Source: Tubiluchus corallicola (Eukaryota; Animalia; Priapulida). From it: a DNA stretch of 64,000 nucleotides. Below, in pieces: positions 42,001 to 57,419 of this stretch (the stretch's first letter is position 1; each line of letters opens with the position of its first letter). Both the position numbers and the translations under genes were made by a program. The stretch covers positions 62,001 through 126,000 of the forward strand of contig JAQGDQ010000182.1 in the NCBI GenBank assembly GCA_030141605.1. The letters are read 5' to 3'. The notes below the pieces were generated by a model, which was not told the origin of the DNA, searched no databases, and worked only from the letters and a program-made list of their open reading frames with translations.

Positions 42001-43925
42001 TATTCTAGATTGTTTAATAACTTTCTGCACTATAATAGCTGCAGAATTCTTTTTCTTGATAATGTCAGCAAAATCTCTTACAGTACTGAGCCTGCAAGTC
42101 TATTCAATGTAACAACATGACTAGAATAACAGCATTTATAGTCGCGTGCGTATGGTGTTTTCGAATCCCACTATTTTAATGCGAAAACCTATGCAGACAC
42201 TAAGTATGAAAGTACACATGTAACAAGATTTCATTGGATTTCTTGTGTTTCTAAAAACGTAATTAAAATTTTGTTGAAACAGGTCTTGTTTTGATAAGAA
42301 CAAGAACCAAAGAAACTATGTTAACGAAAATGAAATGGAGGCAATTATGTAATTTAATATTATAATTCTGCCTTATATGATTAAATTTCTCTATATATGA
42401 TACTAATCGTTACAATTACGATTGTTTTACTATTATTTAAAGGTTTAAAATGAGTATTTTTGTGCACGTTAAATAGCAAACCTTAACATATAGAAAAAGA
42501 AAAATACGCCTTTATGTTGATAGTAGATAAACGAAGTGATCTCGAAAAAGAAAAAATGTACACTATACCGCTACACAAGATGTACATAATAACATACCGA
42601 TACAATAAGTCTAAAAATAAACATTAAAAGTTTTTGCTAAAGCATCACGTGTTCAATGACAGAACTTGGCAACATTGTCTTCTTCGTCATTCTGTCGTCT
42701 TTGCAGTTACAAGTATATTTTTCCTTTTATTCTAGACTTTCCTCACAGCACTATAGAGGAATGACGAATTGGATATTTGAGTAAAATTAAACAAGTGGCG
42801 GCAAGGCAATCCCGTTTAAAATATGTTTTTCTTTGCCTTTCTTCTTAAAATGATGTATCACACTTTTACTTGAGATAAAGCATTGAGAGTATTTCACTTT
42901 TAGGAATAAGATAGATCTGCTGGTATAAATGAATAGTTCTCCAAGTGTCATTGCATTCAATGGTGTGCAGTAGCTTATATAACTGTAATTGCTAGTACCA
43001 CTACTAGTACCATATTTATCGCTAGCAAAACTGAACAACGCCAAGGGTTAACCTGTCGGAATCACAATCAAAAGTCTTCGGCTGGCACCTTGTCTACATT
43101 TTCTCCTTTAAATTTTCTATCTGTAATGAGATTAAAAAACCTCTGATTCATTTATTTACCTACTCATTCAGTTTTAAGCTCAATCGCTTTCTCACATGTT
43201 GACTGATTTTATTTATTCGTTTATTCATTTTTGTATGAATCCAAACAAGGCCAGTAGTCACCAGGTGTAGGGAATACAGAATAAAGATAGAAATGCGAAT
43301 ACAGACTCAGAAAAAATATATATTTAGGGGATAGCTGTTTTGACACGTCTATACGTATAGTAAGTTAAAACGTCTTACTTGAAGTTGATACGGTTATAGA
43401 ACGGTAAAAAATACAGATAAGAGAGGCACAAAGTAAAAATTTGATTTGTAAGCAGCTGTTCTGCACTTAGGAATGCTCAAGGTAGACATGTGAGAAGTAA
43501 CAGCAAAAGGGCCTTAATTCATTCATTCAGTTAGGCTGTTTATATTTCAACAATGGCTGAAAGTAGAAATTACAATTTAAGAGGAATTCCTGAGCCCATA
43601 TCTTAATATCTGGTGAAACTTCAATTTTTGCTTTGTTTGCCGTAATAATAGCTTGTATTCTAATGTATGTAACAATGTATTATTTATTTATGACATTTTG
43701 AAAATAAATTAACTAAACTAATCTAAACTAAAGAATCCGAAACAGACACTGGAGAGTAGTCTGTCGTCGTTTTAATAGTTACATATTCATCTTTTCCCTT
43801 CATGACGCTTTATCTACAAATCCGTAAATTGCTAGCAAATTATCAGAATTTAGATTTTAAAATATTTTAGACAATTTTAATAGTGGAAGTTAAGATTCGA
43901 CTGCAGCTGAAATCTTTCGAAAATA

Positions 43926-44526
43926 TGTAGCATTCTTGTCACAGTTGTTGTACGCAGCACGTAAGCGTCAATGGCTAACACTGATGCATTGTTTTACCAC
44001 AGTGTTACACGCAGCATTTGAGCAACGATGGCCAACACTCGCGTTCGTGTCATAGTGTTGCGCGCATCATTTAAGCAACGATGGCCAAGACTGTAGCATT
44101 CTTGCCACAGTGTTGCGCGCAACATTTAAGCAACGATGACTGACAGTGTAGCATTATTGCCACAGTGTTGCGCGCAACATTTAAGCAACGATGACTGACA
44201 GTGTAGCATTATTGCCACAGTGTTGCAGGCAACATTTAAGCAAGCGCTGTCTACGCCAACACTCTCGCATTCTTACCACAGTGTTGCGAGCAGTATTTAA
44301 GTAATGATGGCCAACACTGTCACAGTGTTACACGCAGCAACGATGAACAACACTGTAGCATTCTTGCCTCAGGATTGCACACAACATTTAAGCAACAATG
44401 GCCAGCACTGTCGCATTCCTGCAACTGTTGTACGTGGCATTTAAGTAATGATGGCCAACATTGTAGCATTCCCGTCACAGTATTGTACACTGTATTTAAC
44501 CAATGATGGCCAACGCTGTAGCATTT
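43926..44526. repeat. Minisatellite, ~56-bp unit, about 10-11 diverged copies
   Basis: Consensus tgtagcattcttgccacagtgttgcgcgcaacatttaagcaacgatggccaacac. Confidence 0.9.
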
Positions 44527-45047
44527 AAATGAGACTAACACTACACTCTTGGACAGCAGACACTGATTTACTGAAGCAGGCTTAGTACTCAAATAGTATT
44601 ATTTATCTGACCCATTAGACGAGCACGTGTGAATATCATTGCACCGGAGGAAAACGTCACCAAACGAAGTAATCTGCTCTTCTTTATGAGATGATCGTTT
44701 ATAACGTTAATGAAATCAGTATATAGAATTTGTCGCATTTGGCTCTCTGAAGAAGCGAGAAGCCGTAAATAATAGACAGAAGCCAATCAAATTAAGGGGA
44801 ATTGATCGAGTCTTTCTATTCGCATGCGATGAAATGCAATATTGTTTTATCTGTTAGGCAAATAATAGCCAGCTAAAGAGGCTGACGACTTTTCGCTCTC
44901 CTCCTCTTTCTTTCTTGCTGGGAAGGCATGTGATGGGATAAGCCTTTTCAAACTTCCTGCTTTTTTGTTCTAGTTATATAATGTATATTACTGCGAGCTT
45001 GTGCTCAAAATAATGGGGTAAATAACAAAAATCAAATCATTGTTTAG

Positions 45048-45190
<143 letters not shown>

Positions 45191-48100
45191 GCTTTCTAAC
45201 ATGTAAAGTAAAAGATTTATTTATTTTCTCTCTTCCCTCTTTCCAATCTCTGCATATCTGTGACTCTTTGTAAACATTGCTAGCTGCAATTGATGTACAT
45301 GATTCTTGCTTCCAACTCCAATTTTTGGTCAAAAATTTCTCGCAATCTCGATTATGTTTATCCCAACTATAACGACCAATGCAGCGCGTGATCCCTTATT
45401 GTAAGGATTAAATTATCCGTCACACCCTGCCCCAACGGCTCATTTGCTTCGGTTTGCTTTATTCGGGTTCCTTTTTTGCCAGAAACTTAAGATTAAAGTG
45501 AAGCCATTCTTGGCAAGAGCAGGCGTGCCGCGTCGTAGCGAATTCCCTGTTGAATAATAAAAACATGACTTCAGATTTTCAAGGATGATTTTGACTTTTG
45601 ATAATACCGTCATGGAAAGGACGGGAGCATATCAATGGTGTCAAAGGCGTTTACAGCCTGTCACGTGAAACAAGTCAAAATAGTAATATGAAGCCTTTCA
45701 ATAGCATCCTAGCATAGGTGATTCATGGTTCTTGCTTGGGTGTGGGTATTGGTGGTTCTTAATTAGGTACAGTTAAACTTCAGTTTATCTATGATACCAC
45801 ACACAAATGTTTTCATAAGATCACGTCAGCTGAAACTATATAATAGGAAGAAAACTGATATTGAAGTAAGATCTTACTGGAAAATCAGATATGTAGTTTC
45901 TAAACTGTCAATTTTGAACTGCATGAGCATGTTGTACATGCACAGACAGAGTGACTATTGCCAAGTGATGTTTTTTGTTTGACTACTAAAAATTACTTGA
46001 AAAGTAATTATTTATAAACCTATTCAAGTGCTTATGTATAATCCGTAAACAGCGTTCGGCATTGCATCCTTACATGCATGTTTTTGTGCTAATGCCTGTT
46101 TGTTGGGGGGCGTGGGCGGCGATATCGATATCTTCAATCTAGTCGGTGTAGTTCATCATGCTACAAAATTCGGTCCAATTTGTGTGTAGAAAGTTCACTA
46201 CATACTAACTTATTGACTTTATTGATTCAATAATTGTTACAGTTACATTGATAAAAAGCAAACATTACTGCACTAAATAATATTCGATTAAGAAATTTGG
46301 GAAAGAAATCACATCAATATAATCATTAAATAGCCTAATAAAACTCAATGCAGGAACATAAATACATCCCTGGCGTGTGGAGTCAATATTGGCAAATTGG
46401 CGATGATAAATCAAGGCAATTATGAAACATTTTAACCTGCATCTAAATGTCCTGAAGATTAACGTGGATACGACTATGTTATTGCTACATTTCAACAGCA
46501 TTAGTGTGGACGTACATTTAAGTGCAAATGATTAACCTAAATTGAAAGAAATCCAGCATTGTGATAGGGATGTTCTGCTAATATGGGAACGGCTGATAAT
46601 GTATTGTAAATGTCTCTTGCTAACAACGCCATTGCAGTTGAGACTAGTGCTTATGGTGCTTTTAATGGTAATTTATGAATAAAATTATACTAATTGGTGT
46701 GCATAACCTTCTAATAAAGAGTTCCACAACCATAGCACAACTACCTATTTTAAAACTTGACTCACACTTTTCGTATTGCTGATTTATTGCAACGAAAACA
46801 AAACAACGATACAACCTCTACATACACCAAATATTCAAATAAAAATAACCAAATACATCAACTTGCGTTGTTTACTATGGTGTTTAGATTAAAACAGTTA
46901 CAGTTCAGCAGTTTATACATAATCATAGATTTTTTTGCGCTGACAAGACTATAAGTGTACTAAATGCACATGAGTGAAAAATGCTTTAAATAATTCCTAT
47001 AAAGCTTCATTGTTCTTGCCAAAAGATATCGCCACTTTGTACAAAATATATTGTTATTAACACTAATTACACATCAGTGTCGCCATCTACTAAAATTATT
47101 ATTGAACTAATAGAAGTTACTGTACCTTTTATGTAAGAAAATTTTAATAATAGCGATTTGTTGTTTTTATGACAACTAGCAAAAGTTTTTCACTTTGAGA
47201 GAGTGTTAAATCAATACTCTTAGTTAACTGCTAAGCAAACGGCTACAATGAGAGCATTTATATGGCAGTAATAAGTCATACGTGATATTCAAAAGAGCAC
47301 TTAATATAATATGATGGCGGCACAGTTACTATTAAAACCTTTCGATATTCATATCCCTGCAGACCTGTCTACCCTTTTCAATGGCAATCCATCTAAAATG
47401 AGTTCATGATAGGAATTACTTTGAGTAAATTCTCTTGAGCCGCCTGAATCCATTACAAGTATTGCATATTAGCATTCAGTGATTATTGGACGTCATAGGA
47501 AGCTTAATTTTCACTGGTCGGATTCTTGGGAAACTGCAATTTTTCCGTTTTAGTGTCTTTGTATACTTTTCAAATGTGCCTTGGCGCTAATTACAGAGTG
47601 CAGGTTGTGTCATATTTAAATGTGTTCACAACACAAGCTGCTGAAAACCATGCGTCAAGCAGACAGATAAACCACACCTCACTTTAGGTGTTTTACGATA
47701 TCAGAAAACGGGTTGGAAGGAAATAAGCAATAGAAAAGCATTGCTATCAGTCATTGCCGTCTTGTTAGTGTGTCTATTAAAAATTCTAGAATAAATCAGT
47801 ATAACATTGATTTAGATTAAAGTAAATTAGTGACATAGTGTAAGAGTGACGCAAAATTTGATACAAAGCCTACATATTAAAAAAATTGCTTAATATCAAT
47901 GTTATCAGCAGTCATTTTATATTAATTTGTACCAAAATGTTCTTTGGACTTACTGACGATAAAGGAGCGAAAAAGTCTTCTGGTGAATTTAAGTAATAAA
48001 CTGTTTACAACAGCACGTTGTGATGTGCCGTTTGCGTTTTATATTAAAAATAAACAAATATATCTACATAATCTGTCTACTAAAACGGAACAAGGAACAA

Positions 48101-49271
48101 GAAGAAGGCAACTACAGTATTATACAGTAAATCAATTTTCTGGCTAGTTTTTAGTCTTCTTTTTATATTCTTACATTTAAGTTCTATGGGCTAGATTCGG
48201 AAACTAATAAATAATTCAATAATTTATTGTTGCACCATAATGATACTTCAATTCAATAATTCAATCAAAATGTAACAAGCGTATATCAATTAAGAACCAG
48301 CAATCCCTGACTGCTTGACATTATATCGAACAGATTGCCAGGCAATCCAAACGCATTATATTAGAGCGGTAATGTTAATGTTAAAGAAAAATACTAATTA
48401 CGATTGTTACACACAATTATCATCTAACTGCACTCAATAAAAGCCAAATTAACATCAGGAAATACATAACTTTCTGCCACTCTTTCTTGGCAACGAGCAG
48501 CGAAATTCTCCCATTTGATCAGTTTTAAGAGAGATAATGCAAATTTCTCATGTTTGAGATTAGCGGTTTATCACAGGGAAACATTCGTGGGCTTACTGTC
48601 ACAGAATGGCTGCTCACGAGCTTTAACCAACAGTTCGAATTTGTCGTTATAGCCATGACGATGTGTCTTTTCTTATAAATACGTCTGCAGGTCATTTTCT
48701 CGTTAAGTACGTTTTCTTTATATGAAAGTTATTTTAGTGTAAGAAACGAAATGGGTTCAAATAGCACGAAGAAAAAACGCAGTTACAAAACTAGCTTACA
48801 AGACCAAGTATTAAGGTATAGGCAGACACCCTAAGGAAGGAATTACCGTACTTTAAATGGTTTGAGTACATTAACTGAGCTTCCGTATACATAGTTTATG
48901 ATAGTTGCAAAACGAGTATACAATAAACAACTATACAAGTATATTTTATTAGGCTTCGGTAAATGACGTCATACTGGACCGTCTCTTGGAAAGTATAGGC
49001 AGCCGAATTTGGAATGCCATGTTGTGTAATTGAATAAATAATGTAAAATCTAACAACTTAAACTTTTATCTTCCCCCCCCCCCCCCCCAGAAAAACTATT
49101 TCATGATTTTGTGGGTAATGTTTCTATTATATGTATGCATAAGGCTAACGAGAAATTATTCAAGCAAATCTGCATTGACACAAAATTCAAGTTATTGTTT
49201 TAAAGTTTACAAACAAATCGCTAGGTATGATAAAAACAGGTCCAAATATACTTTAGAGCCTGCAACGCAGC

Positions 49272-49473
49272 CTAATAGCGCGTTCAGACTAGAGAGTTCA
49301 ATAGTAACTCTCAGCAACTCTCGCTGAGCTTTCAATAGCTTGCGAGTGATCTTGCAAAGCTGTTCACACTTGCGAGTGATCTTGCAAAGCCGTTCACACT
49401 TGCGAGTTTACTGTTAGAGAGAACTTGCGCAAGATTTGCAAGAGAAAACTTTCAAGTCTAAACGCGCCGTTAG
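49272..49473. mobile_element. Short MITE, possibly PIF/Harbinger-like
   Basis: Ends ctaatagcgcgttcagact / agtctaaacgcgccgttag are inverted repeats; internal ~29-bp tandem repeat cttgcgagtgatcttgcaaagc.gttcaca. The superfamily assignment is tentative. Confidence 0.7.
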
Positions 49474-51459
49474 TATGTGCTGTTATAACAAAAGAATATT
49501 GCTATCATATTAACAAATTTGTAACGAAAATTACCAAATTAACAAAATTAACATATGATATTTAACAAACTTTGTTTTAAATTTGTAACAATAGTTGATG
49601 GATTTTGTTTCACCTTATAGTATTGCTGGAGTTTCAGAAGTATTCATTGTTGACTACGTGATGTGATAAATTTGGATCCTCTTTGATCAGTAATTAAACA
49701 CTTGAGAAATAAGTTACTCAGCTTTACTTGAGGTGTACTTAATATTTTGCAAAATTCTCTGATACTCTCCGTTTACATTTAGTAGTCTTTAAGCAATGGC
49801 ATCAATTATCTTTAAAAGGTCGAAGTTGTACTTCATTCCACAAGGAAATCTCTTCTAGGTTTATAGCTTTTAGCCTATATCCCCTGAATATCATCACTGC
49901 AGTTGGGTCTTTTCGTCTGCTACACACCTCTCCATGCCATCCTTTGTCTCCTCATTTTAACGGCTTAGCTGAACAATAGGCTCTGTTCTGCTGTGATAGA
50001 GATCCGTCTGAGCCGCAAATTTGTTCACAGAGTAATAAATCATTGCGCTAGACTTTACGATTCTTCTGCAACCTGAACATCCAGAATGCGGGCTAGCTTT
50101 ATTACGTCGCATCTTAAGTTCGTTTGAAATTTACAGCTGCTCGATGCTGGAGATCGAAGATGAGGGAAGCTGGCACTCATCATCATCATCATGAGTGTCA
50201 CCTAGAACTAGGTGATTACGAAGATATCCTGCAGACGGATATGGTATCACAAGTGTTGGCTTTCACTTAAATTAAGTCAATGGTTATTACGACTTCACTG
50301 TTGCCTCCTGTGTATGGTGAACACTCTTTGATCATCAGAAGTTATAGTAGCATTTATCACATACAGAGCTTTCCATTTCCGACAGAATTTCAAAACATGT
50401 TTCCAGTCTCGATTATACTTAGGCGCTTTAAGATGCACTTGCATTCCAAAGCCAGACACAGCAGTAACTGTAGATGGCGGGTCGGTTATGATTGACCCCC
50501 AGCAGATGGCGGGTCGGTTGAAGTTGACCTCGAGCTTCTGTTTCAGTAACTAAACTTGATGGGCATAAATGTTCTTTTGAAGACCTTGCATCCATACTTA
50601 AATAGGAGTTAGTCATGAGCCAAAACATGGAATTCTGGTCTAGGTTTGATGGTGGCGTATTTACGTAGTTTACTATTGCGTCATGGCTACTCTTGAAACC
50701 GTTTGCTGCCCTAGAAATTTAGTGAACACACAGCTTTGACAATATTTTGCCCTTTTCTCGGCAATAGCAGTGTGTTGTAACATTCTTGAACGTTTTAAAT
50801 ATTCTGACACCTTAAAATAGCCATGCCAAAATACTAGATACTTCACTTTATGATGCGACGACGAAGACGACGATGACGACGATGATGATAATGATGATGA
50901 TAGTTACCATGATGGTATCCATGATAAATTCTTTTCATATGGATTCTTTTCATATTTGATTTTTCGGTAATGGTCAACGATATTTTTGCATTTGGTAGTA
51001 CTTTCCACCGTTTTATGTACGCACGATTTTTTAAGTATTGTTAATTCAATTTTGTACTAGCTACACATAAAATAACTTTGTTGCAATAATTAATTCTAAG
51101 TTCAATCGCAGTTTAACTGGATCATAAATTAACTTAAATTGGATTTTTTTTCTTTTGACAGCTAGGTCATAAATTACACAAAAATACACACACACAAGTA
51201 AGGTTACAGTGCTACTGTAGGGCATGGTAAAGTAATTAAATGGATGTCATTTCCCAAGCACTCCATTATACGTACATGGCTAATCACTAATAATCCATCT
51301 CAAGTAATTAGTTGTCGCAAACTAATCATATAATAATAATACGGTAATAATATTAGAGTGTTGTAGAGCCACCTGGCTGTGTAGTAGAAGGTTAAACGAA
51401 AACGTAGTTTGGGGTAAAAATTGAGTTGAGTCTCGTTACAATTTTTCAAATTATGAGTA

Positions 51460-52336
51460 GGTAAAAGTGGAATAACGAGTCATGTTACTAGTTTTCAAAT
51501 TATGTTTAAGGAAAAGTGGAACAACTGAGTCATGTTATTAGTTGTGATATTGTATTTAAGGAAAAGTGGAACAACTGAGTTGTGTTATTAGCTTTCAAGT
51601 TGTATTTAAGGAACAGTGGAACGATTGAGTCATGTTACTAGTTTTCAAGTTATATTTAAGGTAAAGTGGAACAACTGAGTCATGTTACTAATTTTTCACT
51701 TATATTTAGCGAAAGTTAGAACAAATGAGTTGTGTTACTAGTTTTCAAGATATCGTCACCAAAGGCAAAACGCCATTTATTTTCAGCTCCACTCCCTCTG
51801 TGATAGTTATGATGCCTACCAGACATAAAACCGCTGATATGGAATGGCTTCGAAGAACTCTCAGGTAGACGGACAGATGCGTTTCACTATCACAGCACCT
51901 GTTCCATAAACGCGACCTACACGACCTGCATGAGGCATGCAGGACAAGTTTACTGGGTAGTTTTTTCAGTAAATCTGTCGTTTTACCGTATTACTCCGAG
52001 ACATCTTCATATTGTCTACATATTACACATCTGCAGAAAGTTTATCATCATACTGGCATTGAACTCAGGCCACTCGACTTCCGAAATACGAGGGAGCAAG
52101 TCGATCAGGCGAGCGACCAATCAGACCCCTGCCGGCGAGGTCCTAGTACTCATCGTTACAATATATTTAAGGAAAACAGAACAACAGAATCACGTTACTA
52201 GTTTTCAAATTACATTTAAGAGAAAGAGGAACACATGTTACTAGCTTTCCAGTCATATTTAAGGAAAAGTGCAACTACTGAGTCAAGTTACTAGTTTTCA
52301 CGTTACTAAAGGAAAATAGAACAACAGAGTCATGTT
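51460..52336. repeat. Minisatellite, ~50-bp unit, interrupted by a ~400-bp insert (about 51752-52150)
   Basis: Consensus tatatttaaggaaaagtggaacaactgagtcatgttactagttttcaaat; about 6 copies before and about 4 copies after the insert. Confidence 0.85.
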
Positions 52337-53116
52337 CCGAGTTATGTGTAACAGTGCCAATTACTGTTTTTGTTTGCATTTTTTGCCTTGCTGTTTTTAT
52401 CTTTGTTATCACTTTCTTTTTTGCCATTGCTGTTGTTATTGCTCTTATTGCTGAAGCTGCTGTCGCAGCTGTCGCTGCTGTCGCTGCTGCTAGTCTGTTA
52501 CTACTGCCACAACATGTCATTGTTGATCATGTTCGAAAATAATGAGAAAAGTTGAAACATTGCTGCTACAATCCAATCACAGTGATACAATTTCACTATT
52601 ACTCGTTCATCAGTATAGGCAATTAACTGCATAACAATTCCACAGAATCACTGCTATACTGATGAGTTGCGCTCTAGAAAGATTAAACCCCAGCATGCGA
52701 TTCATTTCAATGATAGAAGCATGTAGACTCCCACTGTTCAGGATAGACCATCTTGAAAACATCTAGGAAGTCTGTGCCAAAGCCATCTTTTGCAGGAAGA
52801 CAGACAAACCAGGAACTACTGTATATGTTCTTGAGTGTCGTCCAGAAAGTCGTAGACATACTAATTGAAATATAACAGATGAATCTCAAAATAATAATAA
52901 TTTCAGGCGTTACTATAGCATTAACAATCATATACCTTACCTATAACTCCAAAATGGGGTCAGCATTGACTACAGTGTAATTATGTTTCCGATTGCAAAG
53001 GAAACCAGTGTCAGGGAAAAAACCGAAAAAAGACTGTTAGAAAGTATTATAAAACTAATTGACAAAATTTTGGTTTAAAGAAAAATCAAAACTAAAAAAT
53101 GCAGATAGTCGTTTTA

Positions 53117-53219
53117 GAGCGTATTAGTTTATACGTATTTATTTTACAACCTTTATATATATATATATATAACCAAAGGTCAAAGTTGTAAAAAAAATAC
53201 GTATAAACTTAATACGCTC
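53117..53219. repeat. Inverted repeat / hairpin with central (TA)n
   Basis: gagcgtattagtttatacgtatttattttacaac (53117-53150) pairs with gttgtaaaaaaaatacgtataaacttaatacgctc (53185-53219). Confidence 0.75.
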
Positions 53220-56200
53220 ACGAACAGTAAAGATACGTTAAGTTCTCTAGTATAAAGACGTAAGTAAGTAAAAACTTATTTTCAGTCAATTGTTTACATA
53301 AAAATTCGAGACATAACGCTCTTTATCGAATATAATTAAATTAAAAATCTACATCCCTACGTAAATATATGGTTAAATACTGTAGTATAAAATGAACAGT
53401 CACAGATTAGACAATACTGATAGGCTAAAACCCTTTACAAGTACAATACAAATATAAATGCATAATGCAAATACAATACAATAAGATATTTGAGTGTATT
53501 CATATTTCAGTCTCTTCAATGTTTATTCTCTAAATTTCAGCCTTGTTTCATATTTCAACAACTTTAGTATGGAAAACCTTCCAGTACGTTTAATAATAAC
53601 ACTAATAATTTTGTTGCCTAAAATCCACATTAAAAGTCACAAAACTCTACGAACCATACGTTTTGTGTGGTTGGGTTACACTATACCTGGAAATTCTGCT
53701 ACTCTTAAATTTTAACCTTATTTCAAGCTTTTAGAAGGTTTGTTGCTATAAGCAAACACAAGGTTGCTGAGTTTATGAATTGTTGCACAGTCAAATGAAG
53801 TTAAGATTTTTTTCTTGCGAACAACAAGGATAATTTTCTAAATAAGACTGGATAAAACACGAATAAATTATTTTCAACATTGTTGTTCAAATTTAAAATT
53901 TGCTCTAAGTTTTAAGATGTTTCTCGAATATTAATAAATTTTGATATCTGAGTTTAATAAAATTAATTTTTATAATGTTTTACTTAAATTAAATAATAAT
54001 GTTTTACTTAAATTAAATAATATGGAAGGCGCCCTTAGTTCCAACTTCTAGTGAATGCTTTCATGCGAAAGTGGAAAGAGTATTTCAACGGAGTAATTTG
54101 GTGTGAGTACTCCTGCTCTGTATTTTTTGTAAAAGTCAGTTTCCGGGGTTTATGTAATATTTAATTCGCTGGCAGTGCTTTGTGTGCGGTAAAATCACTT
54201 CTGTAATTACATGGAATAATAATCCTTGCATCAAAAGAATTTAATAACGTCGTTGTCTCTGCGAAATTGCCTTAATTAGATGTTAATGATAATCATCATA
54301 CATTAGGCATAATATAGCTTTAATAACGAGCACCCTAATCAGTTTAAGCCACCTGTATACAGAAAACAACAGAGCATAGTGTTTACATAATTTATTACGT
54401 TTGAATTATTTATTCTGCTTTTGCATACAGCTGGAAGAGCGTCCGTGATACAAGTAACCAAACAATCGTTGCAGTTTGTGTTATATAATCAATGATTTAG
54501 ACATAGTGGTCTTTAATCACTTGTAATAATGATATGTCTAGTTGATGCTGTTCCGCTGCAAACAATCATTGGCTACACGAAAACTTTCAATTATGTGCAA
54601 TTTTGCGCAAATAATTAATTACTTGTATGACTGCTTTTGTATCAAGTATCGAATTGCACTTGTTAATGATGTACTTGAGGAAAAGTACTTGTAAATCTGA
54701 AGTGTCATTCAAGTCAAAGCGATTTAGTGGTGTGTTTAATTTAAACAAGTTTATTGAAACAATGCGAATGAAACGACACTCAGAGTAACTTGTGGTGTGG
54801 TGTACTTTTATTATCGTGACTTGTTAGCTATCGTTTTGAAAAGAGAACTCTGTCTTTCTTTACGAATTAAATTATTCATCTGCAAAACTCGACACTTTAA
54901 CTAAAATTTTATATGTTTGCGTAAGAGTTTTCCTATAAAAGTGTTATATAGCGAGTGTTATATTATCGTCACTTTTATATTATTATATTATTTTCGCGTT
55001 AATACAACTGTCCATATTTCCATTAATTTCATAAATAAAACTGACCTTAAATAAAATTGAAGGAGTAAAAGAGGATATCAATGCATTTGTGACATTGCGC
55101 GCAATAACCGGATGCGATGTGTAACAAAATAAAGTTAAAAAACATGTTTAAGTCTCACTTTAGTTTGTTTTGCTAATATTTCGTCCTTAAGGGCTTGATC
55201 AGAGTAAAATAATTATCGCGAGTTTCCTGACTCGATAATCTGGTTTGTTTTTGTTAACGCAACCAATGGCAATGAATGAAATATAAGGAAGGAATTTGCA
55301 ATTCCCCACACAATTTAAATACCCTAAGCCTAACCCAACCCTAAACTTTAGCCAAATCTAAAATTATGTCATTTTTCTGGTAACTACATGTCAGATCTTA
55401 AACCAGAACTTTAGCTAATTACCTCATATGAGGCTACATTAAAATTCGTCTTTCTGCAGTTCCGCAGAGTTTGTTATGTCTATGGCAGAAGAAGAGGCCC
55501 CGAAACCCTTATGCAGCCATCAGTTTACTCTCAGTTTTGCCTAATTAAGTATTATAGCAAGCATGCACCGTGACCACTCAGATAGCAGACCACCCGGACT
55601 TCACCATCATCGTGAATTCAGGACTATACTTAATGCTAATTGTATGATCAAAGCAAAAACGTAGTGAAGAGACCGAGTCCATTTCACAAAAATTGAAACA
55701 GCTTCCTCTTAGTATGTACATTATCTTAATGTAGCTAGAAAACGGACTCAAGAACTGCATCTTCTCTGTACACACTATAAATGCTAGAATATGTCATAGC
55801 CTGGCGTTGGTTTGGACTGTGTTTGCCAGTGTGAACCGGGTTTTGCATAAACTGTGTAACCAAAATCTGTAAGTAGTTTTTTCCGTTTGCAAATAGGTTT
55901 CTGCTTTTCCAACTCATCTTGCTTGCTCGACATTTTTCTAAAGACTCTAACCTGACCTTCTGACGGGATTTGTTATTAAACAAACAAGGGACATGCTCAA
56001 GTCTAACTACAGTGGTGTACTTTACACGTTAAATGAGAAAGTTTGCATCACCCTTGGGAACAACTTTACTTTAGTTCCACTCAAATACTATTAAATTTTA
56101 AAAATGTGGCACTTTAATTAGCTAATCAGTTCAACTCAAGTACAGAAATTTCCCAGTTATGGTATTTTATGTAAGCCTCGAAAGAGCTCATAACATCACA

Positions 56201-57419
56201 CAAAATTCGATATATCGAAATCCAGTGATAAGGTATCATAGATAAATTAAAAAAATCCAGTGTTCATAGATGAGGTAAAGGTCCTGCGATCATAGAAAAA
56301 GTAAAGGTATTGGGGTCACAGATATGGTAAAGATCTTGAGATCATAGATAAGACGAAAATCGCTATCATTATTAAACTCATCAACGTCGTCATCATCATC
56401 ATCATCATCATTGTCACTATCGTCTTCATTATCCCATCATCATCGTCGTCGTCATCATCGTTTCGTTGTCACCGTCGTCAGCGTCGTTATTTTTATCATC
56501 ACCATAGAATCATCATCATCACTATCATCATAATCATCATCATCAGCATTATAATCTGAGATGATAAGATCTTTAAAATCTTGTTGACAAAACGAATTCA
56601 TTTGTCAAAAACCTAAAAAAATAGGGCTCAATTTGGATCATGCGCACTGCTGACAACAATGGCCAGTTTTAAGGCCTACATGCAAATAAGGAGCTTTTAT
56701 CAGCTGCTTAGTTAAATGACTTAGTTAGCAACGGTCATTCCATTGACAGGTTATGGATCAAGTTCCAATTTGGAGCCTTTGTCCACTGATCATTAAACCC
56801 TTTGCTTACTATTATTTGTAGCAAATTTGTCACATCTTCAACTGTTAGTTTTCTAGTCTCTAATAATAATTTTGTTGGATTAGTGTTACTTAAAAGAGGT
56901 TGTTTCGCTACTAAAATTTAGAATAGTTCATTGACTCTACACTTAGGAAATCATATTCTGGTTTTGAAGATTATTTCCGCCCAACGACCTTATTAGTCGT
57001 CTTGCTTTTCTCATAGCCTGGTCGACCTTTTTGAAAATTAGTCAGTCAACCCAAAACGATATTTTGCCAATTTGCAAAGGAAGGCAAAAATGAGCAAAAC
57101 TCTATAGATCGCCTATTATCAAAAACAAACAACCGTGCCCTCAAGCCAGGCAAAAGAGAAGAGCAGAAATAATGACAGAGCTAATACTTTTGCTAAATAA
57201 TCTTGGATGAATCTATCTGTTTCTTCTTGCCAATACCACATTCTCTGTCAGCTTAAAAGCGGTTAGAGTTACGCCGACTAAGAGCAGAAACACGTACGCA
57301 TTAACGTTGTACAGATGTCTTCAATGCTCGTACAACTTTGAAAAAACTCTGCTGCTATCAAAGTAATAAAAGAAGTTATTTTGCTTGTTGTTTCACTTTC
57401 ACTGCATTATTCATCATCG

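Noticed and set aside
43926-44526. Regularly spaced repeats resembling a CRISPR array
   Set aside because: Whole units are homologous with no unique spacers, there are no cas genes, and the context is eukaryotic: a minisatellite.
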